Shown here piece after piece: positions 46,183 to 56,743 of a stretch of 64,000 bases of DNA. Origin of the DNA: Tetramitus jugosus (lineage: Eukaryota > Protista > Heterolobosea); the NCBI GenBank assembly GCA_937625935.1, contig OW569379.1:389602-453601 (forward strand), given 5' to 3'. The position numbers and the translations under genes were made by a program. A model generated the notes under the pieces. That model made no database searches. It was not told the DNA's origin and worked only from the letters and a program-made list of their open reading frames with translations. Numbering within the stretch: the first letter of the stretch is position 1; each line of letters opens with the position of its first letter.

Positions 46183-47226
46183 ATGGTTGTTCCATTGTTA
46201 GCATTAGGAGGGGCTATGTACTATGGCTACAAAAAATACGTGAGTAGAATTTCTTCTTTTTGCAATACTATTTAGTGAATCTTACTAGTAACTTACACTT
46301 TGGTATTTAGCAATCATGGGTGGCTCCAAAGAGAATAATTGTTTTTGGGTTCTCCGCTTCTGATAAGGTTTGTATGACTTTTTTGCGAATTTTAATTCTC
46401 ATGAATCATGTACTCACTACATTACATATTTAAGACCTCATTGATCAACACCCTGACTGGGAATAATGACGCAGTGGGAAACTATCAGGCCATCGGAACT
46501 TCTTTCGAAAATAAGTGTGTCACTTATCGCAGAAAGAATCAAGATTATCAACTCTGGGATACCCCTGGTCTCAATGATTTTGCAGCACTAGATTTGCCTC
46601 CAGCAGCTATTTTGAATTCACTTACAGATTTGATGAAGAATACATCTGAGGGTGTCAATTTGTTGATTTTTGTGGTAAAAGTATCAGAACTGAAAAAGCC
46701 TGAAATCAGAAATCAATATGACTTGATTGTTAACCAACTGACTCAGACTAGGATACCAGTGATATTAGTGGTGACCAACTGTGAGCAAAACATTCAAAGT
46801 GAAGGAACCTTCGAAGAACAGTGCCAGTCCATGTTCGATAGTTGTAACTCTATCGAATTGGATGGAATGAAATTTTGTGCTCGAGTTGGTACTTGCTTTG
46901 CTTCTTCTGACAAAGGAAAGTATGGGAAGCTTAAAAATCAATCTGCAAACAAGGTTTGGACTTTGATTGAGGAGAGGGCAAATGATTCTTATATTCCTTA
47001 CTTCTCTGGTTTTTCGGGCACTGATGGAATTCTCTGGAAGTGGTACAACTCTGCTGTAAAATCAACTGGGGCTAACCTCAATCAAAGAGAATGTACAGAG
47101 TTAATTACTCTCTTTGAACGTCTTGGATTTAATTCTGAACAAGCCAAAAGGAGTGCAGAGCAACTCGCCTCTCCTAGAATAAAAAATCATTCTCAACCAA
47201 ATTCCGACAAGGAATTCAAAAAGTAG
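46183..47226 (+). CDS. P-loop GTPase-like protein (AIG1/MMR_HSR1-like), 3 exons, degenerate P-loop
   Basis: Exons 46183-46239, 46311-46367, 46435-47226 give RIIVFGFSASDK|TSLINTLTG, G3 LWDTPG, GVNLLIFVV and PVILVVTNCE. Confidence 0.7.
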
Positions 47227-48390
47227 TTGGATTTAAAAATCATATTCACACCCATTCAATTATCACTCTATCATGATTATATGATCCAGAGATTCATGGA
47301 GCAGAATCCCAATCACTTCAGTAGTTGTTTAACTCCGGATTGTAACATGATTTTTGCGTATGATGGAAGTTGTGAAGAAGATCACGATTGCTTCTGTCCC
47401 AAATGTAAAAAACGGTATTGTCTTAAATGTCAATGTGACTACCATGTGAACATTACATGTCAACAATATCAACAGTGGAAACGAGAGAATACAACAACAG
47501 ATGATAAATTCCAGGAATACATTGAAAAATCAGGAAGTAAGCAATGCCCTCAATGTAAACGATATATTCAGAAGAGTCTAGGTTGTGACCATATGACTTG
47601 TAAATGTGGATGTCAATTTTGCTATAGATGTGGTGGTAGTTATCCATGTAGGAACCGATCGTGTGGAGGATTAATAACGACACAATTAATGGGTGGAATA
47701 AGGAGAATGGGAGGTGTAGATATATTGGAGGGAATTAGAGAGCAGTTTAGAAGATGGGAACAAAATATGTCGCTCGTTACAAATCGTAATACTTCAACTG
47801 GAGCTACTAATAGAGAGAAAGGTGACGCAAATACTTCAAGTGTTCAACAACGAGCACGAATGCCTATTTCTACCGCAGAATCATCTTCAACAATTCCAAT
47901 CCCAGTTTCATCAGAATCGTCGTTATTTTCAAGGTGGTGGCCTTCACCAGAAACATTCTTGGTGCCGCGAGCTGCGCCACAAAGTACATCACAAGCTACG
48001 GAAGCGACAGCATCCTCATCAATAGCACCACGTACAAGACGATCGGTACGGCAAGCAACTTCGAGGAACACAACGACAAGCAGTAGTAATGCTGATACAT
48101 CTTCGACGCTAACACCAAGCTCACTGTTATCGGAATCGTTGTTATCTACAATGTGGTGGCCTTCACCTGAAACGTTCTTGGCACCGAGGGAAGCGATTAC
48201 AAGTGTGAATAGAAGAAGAGGTGAGAGTAGTGGTCGTAATACCACTTCCAATTCTTCTATTATTACTGTAGCCGATACTGGTATAAGAGCAGACAGAGGT
48301 GGAAGTAACAGTGTTACAGAGCTTAGCAGTCGTAGTACCAGTGGTGGAGGTAATAATGATGTTGCTCCTGCTCTTATTATTTTGGATTAA
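47227..48390 (+). CDS. IBR-RING2 (C-terminal half of RBR E3 ligase) with S/T-rich tail; RING1 absent
   Basis: IBR CLTPDC...CPKC...CLKC..YH...C and RING2 CPQC...GCDHMTC.CGCQFCYRC. Begins directly after the upstream gene's TAG; first ATG at 47281. Confidence 0.7.
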   Translation: MDLKIIFTPIQLSLYHDYMIQRFMEQNPNHFSSCLTPDCNMIFAYDGSCEEDHDCFCPKCKKRYCLKCQCDYHVNITCQQYQQWKRENTTTDDKFQEYIEKSGSKQCPQCKRYIQKSLGCDHMTCKCGCQFCYRCGGSYPCRNRSCGGLITTQLMGGIRRMGGVDILEGIREQFRRWEQNMSLVTNRNTSTGATNREKGDANTSSVQQRARMPISTAESSSTIPIPVSSESSLFSRWWPSPETFLVPRAAPQSTSQATEATASSSIAPRTRRSVRQATSRNTTTSSSNADTSSTLTPSSLLSESLLSTMWWPSPETFLAPREAITSVNRRRGESSGRNTTSNSSIITVADTGIRADRGGSNSVTELSSRSTSGGGNNDVAPALIILD

Positions 48391-49348
48391 TGGCATAACA
48401 AACTAATGCTTCTCATGCACCCTTTCCTATGCCATAGCGTGGAACAATTTAAAATATTACTCTCATATTGCATCTTCCCAATTTGATCCCGGAAATGGCC
48501 CACACTTCTTGTATGATACTTCCACCTACTCACGATAGATTTAAGTGCTTGTACGCAGTGAGAGAGGCGGTAAAAAGGCTCCAGATCGAGTTGATAAGGA
48601 CGATGGGGAGGTTGTAACACAACAGTTCAATCTGTACCTTCCGTTCGAAGATATAGTCATCAGATTTGTTAGAGAAGAAACTGTCGTCTGCTCTACCTTT
48701 GGAAGAACCTTCCAAAGGAATAGTAAAAAATTGGAGGTAGTGACCACACTCCGTGACTTTCATTCTCGCGATATTAGACAATCATCTCACCCCACGATTC
48801 ATCGTAGATGGCACAGTGAACTCATACTGTATGTTCTTCCGGTTGATCCGCTCTAAACCATCGAACGTCATGTAAATTGTTCTTCTTTTCTCCCAAAACT
48901 TCACATACTGAACAGTCTCTAAATCCGTTGTAACTGCTCCAAGTGCAATGGTTGAAGATTTTCATGCGAGTCTCAAGATCAGCAATCATTTGAACTAAAA
49001 CAACACTGTACTCTTGTTGTCTTCCTTTTTTGACATTGAATACCTTCAACTTGACGAACGTTGTCCGAAAAGTATAGCAGTTCAAAGAAGAACGGGAGTA
49101 AAAGCGCATCCAAGGACTTTGGCTTCTCATTATGCACTTAAACGGCATTCACAAGATAATTATCTATGGCATGTCTTGTAGTTCAAAGTTACACACATAG
49201 GACAGAATTGGCCAGGCATCTTTAGATGAGGACTTTTTGTAAAGACTTCTATGATCCAAACTCTCGTGTGAATCTCCTGTATGGAAATTATGAATTGAAG
49301 AGGTTCTATAGTGTTGTTGAAACGTACGAAGAACACATCGAACAACAA
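48387..49348 (-). mobile_element. Degraded DNA-transposase relic, CACTA/EnSpm(CMC)-like
   Basis: Chain of broken ORFs. ADLETRMKIFNH...YNGFRDCSVC resembles the ADLPARAxxLNxxxFNGxxGCxxC block of CMC-type transposases. No TIRs seen. Confidence 0.4.
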
Positions 49349-49821
49349 GTTCGACTAAACGAAAATTGATTGAAACAAGAGTTGTGAGTGTTTCTTTGTT
49401 TGTTTTGTTGTTGTTCTCTGCTGATAGCTCCAGTGAAGAAGAAGTGAGAGAAGACAGCAGACCAGTGAAGAAGACTGTGATTCGAAATAGCAGCTTTTTC
49501 CAGTGGCTTATGGATCGTTGTTTCAATTTGTTTGAAAATTGATTTCAATCCGATACAACCGCTTTTCCTCCAAAATCATTCACCTATTGACAGATGAGAG
49601 ATCATAAGCGGAGATTTCCCCTTCTCATTTTGGATAACTTAAGATTTTCAAAACTCGTGGATAAAAGACTCAAAACATGATAGTTGATTGATGACCAGGT
49701 GTGCGAGAGCTGAACATCACGAGGGATAGCAACAGGTCACTTTGGGACCTTCCCCCTCGTCAAAGAGGCAAGGACCTATATTGTTCCTTTTGCAAGGAAT
49801 TGTAGGTTTTAATAAAGGCGA

Positions 49822-49999
49822 TGCAGACAGCAACACCATTTTTCACCGTTGTGTCATGCTACGTGACTTTGGAGACTTCAACAAAGGACAAGTCTTGGGC
49901 AGCATTGTCATTAGTGTTAAACTCTATGGTTGGATCAGACAGGGAAAAGAAGAATGCGAGTTTGAGGGATGGGACCTTGATGGAGAAGAGTTTGATTAA
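49822..49999 (+). pseudogene. 5'-truncated tandem paralog of the 50070-50300 ORF
   Basis: DSNTIFHRCVMLRDFGDFNKGQVLG...WDLDGEEFD aligns with the downstream copy; no ATG or N-terminus. Confidence 0.6.
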
Positions 50000-50069
50000 A
50001 GTTGCACTTTTGTTGGCGCTTGCAAGCACAACAGCCACCATTCAATCAATCATTCACCTAGAGAAAATC

Positions 50070-50300
50070 ATGCCACAATACAAGGACATCTTCACCTACG
50101 AATCTGTTGATCTCGCTGCCGACCAGGATAGCAACACAATCTTTCATCACTGTGTCATGCTTCGTGACTTTGGAGAACTCAAGAAGGAACAAGTCTTGGG
50201 CAACATTGTCGTCAGCATGAAACTTTATGCCTGGACCAATCACAAGACTGAGGGAAGCGAGTGGGAGGCATGGGACCTCGAGCAAGAGGAGTTTGCATAA
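50070..50300 (+). CDS. 76-aa orphan protein
   Basis: ATG ORF MPQYKDIFTY...; the paralogous copy upstream keeps the frame, supporting coding status. Confidence 0.65.
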   Translation: MPQYKDIFTYESVDLAADQDSNTIFHHCVMLRDFGELKKEQVLGNIVVSMKLYAWTNHKTEGSEWEAWDLEQEEFA

Positions 50301-50317
50301 AGTTTGTGTTTTATTGT

Positions 50318-50524
50318 CTACATCCTTGCCATGTTTGTTTCTTCTTGATGTCGTCTTCTGTTGCACGAACAAGTGAGGCACTCAATCAACAAGCAGCAGT
50401 AACGATTGATGCAGCAATGTCTGGGTAAAAACATCATCAAAAAGATGAAGCCCATCATGAGAAGGATGCCACCAATCAATCCAAAGAAGGCGAGAAAGTA
50501 TGCTGGCTCTCCAAGGAATGTCAT
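50318..50524 (-). CDS. Small TM protein with Cys-rich juxtamembrane tail
   Basis: 68 aa: one long hydrophobic helix then HCCINRYCC...CLTCSC. Confidence 0.5.
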   Translation of the reverse strand: MTFLGEPAYFLAFFGLIGGILLMMGFIFLMMFLPRHCCINRYCCLLIECLTCSCNRRRHQEETNMARM

Positions 50525-50747
50525 ATTGTTTGGAAAGCAATAGTCGCTCTCATGTTGTCCGATGGTTTATTGTTTTTGCAAGTTTGCTTGGAAGCGGCTT
50601 CTCCACGTTTTGAAACCAGCAGTCTCGCCAACAGAAAGAATGTGCTGCCATCTGTCATGTTGTTCTTTAAACGACACAATCCAACTGTCAAAGTGGTGCA
50701 AGACAAAGTCAATATCGAGCAGAAACAACAAGAGGATGGTTGGAGTT

Positions 50748-51311
50748 TCACCACCCTGATTCACTACCTGCTGAAGCCGACCACGACGAATGTAAAGCAC
50801 CATTAGTCGGACGAGATTGTGATACTCGTACCAGGCTGGATGGTTGCTGCGTGGGGTGCTCAAGAACGAAAAGAATGGGTAGGTGTTGAGGGTGGGATCG
50901 ATGGTGGATCGAGTCAATATAATCTTGGATGGGCTCGTTTCTTTGGATGAAAGAGAGTGGGGGAAGCAATGGCGTGTGCTCCAACCAAGGAACCAACCGA
51001 GCATAATCAGGGTCGTCCACATCGGGCGAGGGAATGTGCTTGTGCTGTTCTCGTCGAAAGACTCCCCTCCAGTCATAGAGCGATGTAGTCACAATGGCAC
51101 GAGTCGCACTAAACAATTGTGCCATCAAGTTCTCGCCACCTTCACAATGATTGAATAGGTGAACCAAGTCAATGCTTGATGCAAAACGAATCACGTAGGA
51201 AACCCAACGATGAAAATCATTCATGGATGGCTGCTGTAAAAACTCACTCACCTTGACAGTGTTGACTTGCAAAAACAATGGTGGGGAGATGACAGGAGTG
51301 ATGTGAACCAT
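50748..51311 (-). CDS. Hypothetical protein
   Basis: 187-aa ATG ORF with A-rich upstream context; no recognised motif. Confidence 0.45.
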   Translation of the reverse strand: MVHITPVISPPLFLQVNTVKVSEFLQQPSMNDFHRWVSYVIRFASSIDLVHLFNHCEGGENLMAQLFSATRAIVTTSLYDWRGVFRREQHKHIPSPDVDDPDYARLVPWLEHTPLLPPLSFIQRNEPIQDYIDSIHHRSHPQHLPILFVLEHPTQQPSSLVRVSQSRPTNGALHSSWSASAGSESGW

Positions 51312-51329
51312 TTTCTTGAGTTTGTTTAC

Positions 51330-52046
51330 TTACATAAACAGAAGCACAAATGTGACAACGGCGATAGAAGTTGTCGCCACAAAAGAGAGGCATGTGTAGA
51401 ATGTTGCAGCATCACTCGTCTCGGTGCGGCCCGATGAGTTAGCAGGCATCGACGATTGTGCACCACTGGAGTGTCCTGGAGCACTGGAAGAATGCACTGG
51501 TTGTTCAGCCAGGATCTCTTCGTCTGACTTTTCTTTTCCACACAGATTCTGTTCGATGCCTTCGTCTTTGGTCACGATGGAGAATGTGATCTGAATAGTG
51601 CTTGTGTCGTCAGGTGTAGTATTAGGAGAACTCTCGATGAGTTTGGTGGTGTTGATTTTGATGTACCATTCACACGAAATCGCCGGGAATGTGTAACTGC
51701 CAGCAGCACCACCGTAGCGCAGCTCCATAGATGTACCAGCTTCTACATCAGAAGGGACATATCGAGGTCGGATACTGACCTGAGCAAAAGGCACTGTTCT
51801 GGTGGTGACATTGCTTCTGCCGGCGTCAACAACAAGGAGACGACTTGAGTACATAAACACACCACGCCTCAGATATACGGCCTCAGCATGAATAGGAACT
51901 TTGATCTGAACCACTTCGTTGTATGGAAGCAGGGTGGGGCTGGCTGGATCGGTGCTCAGGACGTCATAGTCCATAACTGTGACGCAATGGGCAACAGAGA
52001 AGCAAAAGGCAACAACAAGAGCAAGGAGAAGGTATGAGTAACGCAT
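51330..52046 (-). CDS. Secreted/surface protein with C-terminal hydrophobic (GPI/TM) anchor
   Basis: Signal peptide MRYSYLLLALVVAFCFSVAHC, Ser-rich stalk, hydrophobic C-terminus. Confidence 0.75.
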   Translation of the reverse strand: MRYSYLLLALVVAFCFSVAHCVTVMDYDVLSTDPASPTLLPYNEVVQIKVPIHAEAVYLRRGVFMYSSRLLVVDAGRSNVTTRTVPFAQVSIRPRYVPSDVEAGTSMELRYGGAAGSYTFPAISCEWYIKINTTKLIESSPNTTPDDTSTIQITFSIVTKDEGIEQNLCGKEKSDEEILAEQPVHSSSAPGHSSGAQSSMPANSSGRTETSDAATFYTCLSFVATTSIAVVTFVLLFM

Positions 52047-52443
52047 AAGTGTATTTGTGCAGGAGGTGTGTTTGTTTGTTTCTAGTGAGGGCCAAGTAGG
52101 CCCTCACAGACACCTCCCCGAAAGATTGAGAAACACCATTGTAGTGATTACCGATATTCCCGTTATTAGACCCACTAACGAATACAGAGGAGAAGAGGCC
52201 AGAGAATAGGTTCCAATTGTTTGCAGATCGTCCAACAACTTCTAGAGTACTGCCTATTAGTGTACATCTTATTGGATAGCTACTGTAAATCCTATCGTCT
52301 TTGATATGGAAGTTACCCAAGCCACTTACTTTTAGCGATGTTATTTTGGTTGTCATTGTGTTTTTTTTCTCTCTGGAAATTGTTTTGTTCAGGTCTTATT
52401 GTCGTTTATTAACGTATTGTTATTCCAACTTCTCCGACCAGAA

Positions 52444-53298
52444 ATGAACTGTCAGAACGAAACTTCCTTTTTGGAAGTATTGAAATGCGAGGGAACTAGG
52501 TGGCCCCTGCCACATGTCCTACTACCTTTTATTGCTATGCTCTATACAGGCAACATGTGGTTCGTCGTCGCCCTGGTGTATTTCTGGGAATCGTTTGAAG
52601 AGGCCATGTGGATGGAGTTACAGTCATATCGATTGCTGTTTCCTGGAACTCCCAACACCAGAGAATCTCGACTTAACAGCATCTTGTTAGACCCTTTATG
52701 TGGTTTCTTCGGAATAGCGTTGGGAATATGGTTGATGTATTTCTTGAAGTCACCTTTCTTCCAGTCTAGACTTGCAAGCAATCAGTACGTGAAGATAGAC
52801 CCTTACACGAGAGAGCTGAGGCTATATTCGCTTGACTGTGGTGGGATTAAGAAATATCTAACCAAGTATTCAATCTATACATGTAATGGTCGATGGTTTG
52901 TCAGGTATCTCTTGTTGTTTTGTGCAGTTTCCTGTACATTTGCGTTTTTAGATGAGAAGTCTGCTTATTTTAATGGAAACTATTTCGCTTTGATCATGGG
53001 GCCAGCGATTATCATGTCACACGCTTGGATGTTTTCACGAGATCGTTATGAGAGGTATGTGATATTTGGAGGAAAGTCTGATTCGCATTATTATCTCGTG
53101 CACGGGATGATTGCCTTGGTATTTGCATGGATTATTGGAACCCTTCTGGTTCTTAAGGTGGTTGTCAACGTAACGGGTACGGCGCCTGTCATCTTCGCGA
53201 TGTCTCTTGTCTTCGTGTTTTTGGCAGAAATGATAAAAATGCTATTCGAAGGAGAAAAACAACAACGGATGCCTGTGGTCAATCTATTAAAATCCTAG
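52444..53298 (+). CDS. Multi-pass membrane protein with H...WExxE...ESxxNxxxD motif
   Basis: About 7 hydrophobic segments; WPLPHV, YFWESFEE, ESRLNSILLD; ATG at 52444. Confidence 0.65.
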   Translation: MNCQNETSFLEVLKCEGTRWPLPHVLLPFIAMLYTGNMWFVVALVYFWESFEEAMWMELQSYRLLFPGTPNTRESRLNSILLDPLCGFFGIALGIWLMYFLKSPFFQSRLASNQYVKIDPYTRELRLYSLDCGGIKKYLTKYSIYTCNGRWFVRYLLLFCAVSCTFAFLDEKSAYFNGNYFALIMGPAIIMSHAWMFSRDRYERYVIFGGKSDSHYYLVHGMIALVFAWIIGTLLVLKVVVNVTGTAPVIFAMSLVFVFLAEMIKMLFEGEKQQRMPVVNLLKS

Positions 53299-54295
53299 TA
53301 GAGGGTAAATTGGTGGGAATCACAATTTTTTGTAATGACAAGAAAACAGATTGTGCAAACTTAAATTGCTGTCGTATGACTCACACTTGTAACTTTGATT
53401 TTTCTAGTAATTATGCCGTTCGGTAAAGCTTCTTCTTTGTTTCGTGATGACCCAACTTAAAACGTACTCATGCCTGGTTGTTGAACAATGATTTATGATT
53501 ATACATTACATTTATGATTATACAGAAGACAACAAGTACCCGTCAACATGCACGTTGTTCTGTTTTGCTTGAACACCCAAGACCAAAGGAGTACTTAACA
53601 TTACAAATAAATTGCACCACCCACAGTACGAGAAAGGCCCTTGTGAATTAGTCTCTTGATTCTTCTGACGAGACCCTCATTTAGATCTCCGAAGAACATG
53701 AGGTTGTAGAGAAGGGATAGAATTTCCGGATCATAAAGCTGGACTTGGTCGGAGCCCTCTATAGCCTTGACAATAGTGTCTACAGTTGCAGTATCAACTT
53801 TGCTGACATTCTCATAAGTATCTCTGTTAGCACCAAGGATGCCACCTTGAACTCTCAAGTAAGTTCTATTGTAAAGAAACTGGAAAGTAATCTTTGTAAA
53901 TTACTCTCATGTATAAATGTACCATACACAGTTATTAGTTGCCTTCAAGTTTCTTTTTAATTTGAATTGAAAAACGGAGCCCGAACCCGCAAGTGCGTTG
54001 TTCATGTCAAGGGAAGAAGAAGAGATCCATGATACTCGGAAGGTATTACCCTGAACACACAACGAAAAACCTCGAAACTCTTAAGGTTGTTGAAACAACT
54101 TGGACCCAAAAAAGGTTCAGTCATACTTTTTAGAGGTAGTTGGCAACTGTGACTGATCAGATTCTATATATTTAAACTTCAGAGAAGAAGAATTGAATAC
54201 ACATGTGTATTTACCCCCAGAAGCATTTGCTATGTTTAATTATTTATTACTCTAATAGTTCATCATGAAGTGAATAATAGTTGTTCATGTGTGCT

Positions 54296-55552
54296 CTATG
54301 ATATGATTCTACGTTTGGAGCATTTCATAAATGCACTTCGAGTATCACCACGACGGCCACAAGTGTAAAACTCGTTATTTTCTCGAGCAGCAAAATTACC
54401 AATCAAAGCACCACCAAAATATTCATCAATTGTTCCAATCAATTGTCCCTTTTGATCTGCTCTTACAAACTGAGTTTCCTTTTTCGTTGATGAAGTATAG
54501 GCAATGATGGGTGTATTAATGGATCCAATAGCACTCATAATATAGTAGGGTTTTTCCTTTTCATACTCTCTATACCATACCAGCTTCTTCTCCTTCATAC
54601 AGAACATGGCAGCACCCTTTTCAGAGCTGAGGTACAAGTGATTTCTGTCAATACTCTCAATCATTTGTATTTGTGCAGCAGCTGGCATTGGGTACCAATT
54701 GACATATTTGCCGTTGGTAGCATTCACTGCAATTAGTCCTACACCATTCTCTGATCTCAATTGATTCATACCTGCCAAATAGAGGAGTGATTTATCAGGT
54801 GAGATGAATCCTTTGAAACGCATGATCAAAAAATGTTGGGGTAATCCTTCGTTATTAGTGAACTTGGTGACTCCTGTTTTCACATTGATCATGCTGGTCT
54901 TGCCTGATCCAAAAGCCCATAATGAGGCATTTGCCGTATCTCCTTCCTCATCCATCATGACCACCGCATTCAAATTGGCCTTAGGCCCAGTGGAATAACT
55001 CCACATCAGGGTCTCTAATTGAGATCCGTCTGTTTTGAAGGCAGCAATAGTGTTGTAACGAGCAGGATCGTCAACAGTACTCACTATTGCGATCAACACT
55101 GATCCACCACATAATGAACTATCAATATACCCTTGACTAGCGAATTGATCAATTGTATAATCATATACACTTCCAGTCTCGAGATCCATATGATGCAGTA
55201 CAAAGTTTGGCAATATACCAGAGGTGTGACTATACCACATGGACTTGTGTGAAGGTAGGAATGTCATAGATTGACTATAACAAGGACTTTTAGAAGGAAT
55301 TTTGAATTCCTTTTTAACAGCTCCAGTTGTTCCATCCAATGCAACCACATGGAGATTTGTGCCAACATATAATAGATTGTCTCTGGTGTTCAGGTGAGTT
55401 TTCGTGTATCCGTCCAATGACATAACCTGTTCATTGTTCTCCCATATGGCTTGAACTGCGAATTCGCCATGTGCAGTACCACACATGAAGCAACTACTAC
55501 TCAGAATGAGTAGCAGTAGCAGTAACGGTAATTTTGTTGGTATTTGTTTCAT
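54296..55552 (-). CDS. Secreted beta-propeller-like (PQQ-repeat-like) protein
   Basis: Signal peptide; repeats LYVGT..VVALDGTTGAV, LIAVNATNGK..W, LYLS...KKLVW. Confidence 0.65.
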   Translation of the reverse strand: MKQIPTKLPLLLLLLILSSSCFMCGTAHGEFAVQAIWENNEQVMSLDGYTKTHLNTRDNLLYVGTNLHVVALDGTTGAVKKEFKIPSKSPCYSQSMTFLPSHKSMWYSHTSGILPNFVLHHMDLETGSVYDYTIDQFASQGYIDSSLCGGSVLIAIVSTVDDPARYNTIAAFKTDGSQLETLMWSYSTGPKANLNAVVMMDEEGDTANASLWAFGSGKTSMINVKTGVTKFTNNEGLPQHFLIMRFKGFISPDKSLLYLAGMNQLRSENGVGLIAVNATNGKYVNWYPMPAAAQIQMIESIDRNHLYLSSEKGAAMFCMKEKKLVWYREYEKEKPYYIMSAIGSINTPIIAYTSSTKKETQFVRADQKGQLIGTIDEYFGGALIGNFAARENNEFYTCGRRGDTRSAFMKCSKRRIIS

Positions 55553-55604
55553 GGTGTGTGTGTGTTTCTGCTGTTATATTGGTTGATGAGGGCCCAGTAG
55601 GCTC

Positions 55605-55613
55605 TATTTATAG
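55605..55613 (-). promoter_or_regulatory. TATA-like box (CTATAAATA) upstream of the secreted propeller gene
   Basis: CTATAAATA on the minus strand about 55-60 nt before ATG 55552. Confidence 0.4.
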
Positions 55614-55999
55614 CTCTCAGGAAGATTACGCGAATCCAGGATTATTGAATGGTCTAGATCCGGGCCCACCACACACGTGGCATCTCCGAAACTTTGTAAA
55701 GTTATGTTGGTGCTCCAATCACGTGCTGGCGTTCCAGAGAGATTCACGCACATCCACGAACACATAACGATGCACTTGCCCAAAGCACCCATGGCTTTAT
55801 TAGCTTCGTCCTGTGGAATATTATCAGTCCTTGCGAAAGTATCTGGTAATATTAGAAGGTAGTTGCGTCCTTGCGACGCTTAGGTCTCTATGGGACACCC
55901 CTTGTGCCATTATCGTCAATACCCAAAGTGGCCACAAAAGTTTGGAACAAAAAGGGCAGTCGGTTGAATTTGGATTCATGATGCGTTGGCAGAATTGTG

Positions 56000-56567
56000 T
56001 TTACAGACGGCTCGACAGCATTTATTGGATTGAAGGGTAACCGTTTCTTAAACCGTGCTTCGCTCTGAATGTTTCTTTGAGAAGATCATGAAATGTTGTC
56101 TTATCTTCTTTTTGATCCTCGATATCTGCTTCACGAAATCCCAGCTCTGCTACTTTAATTTTCATGAACCAACACGGCACAATTCTCCTCGATGAACCGC
56201 AATGACAAATAATCCTGAACTTCTTGGGATTTGGGGTCAGTTCGTTTTTTCTGATTCAGATCTTCCTCATTTCTTTGTTGTTTAACAATTCCTCGTATGA
56301 GCACATTATTGTAAGACATTTAGCCAATGAATATTGTGAATAACACTGAGAGAAGCATGTAGCTACTGTCTCCAGATCAACTACATGATCTACATGAGTA
56401 GTTTCGTCCAAAAAAAATATGGTGTCTGGATGACTCTCCTCTGTTTTTTTACGGAGGTTAACGTCCTTTCTGAAGGAGTGTGACTTGAGCAAGTTTTTGC
56501 ATGCCTTAGTTCGTCCTTCACGGATTGTTAAATCCCACGTGTCGTATTGGATGTTGTCTGCCTCCAT
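56000..56567 (-). pseudogene. Broken ORF with HNH-like HVDHVVDLE motif
   Basis: 103-aa ORF ends at 56256 and coding-like sequence continues past stops; only one short motif supports a family. Confidence 0.3.
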
Positions 56568-56743
56568 TGTGTGATTAACGAACTAAGATCACCGCCTGAC
56601 GTGTGATGTTGTTGACCATTTTGGTTACCCCGCTTGGCAAAACAAACATGCCGACGAAAACAAATGTGTGAGGACCTTGATCAGCTTGTAATGAGTGCAG
56701 GACTCACGCAGGTGGAACCATTTTTTCTAACTAAACTAACACA

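Noticed and set aside
45857-47226. In-frame TAA/TAG as evidence of an alternative genetic code
   Set aside because: TAA, TAG and TGA all terminate conserved genes at expected positions and long ORFs are free of them
51964-52356. 130-aa minus-strand ORF overlapping the surface-protein start
   Set aside because: Looks like a truncated gene running into the next gene's leader; no product can be supported
53491-53524. 15-bp direct repeat ATTTATGATTATACA x2
   Set aside because: AT-rich local duplication with no associated element
53601-53858. 85-aa minus-strand ORF fragment
   Set aside because: No ATG, no consistent splice model, no recognisable motif
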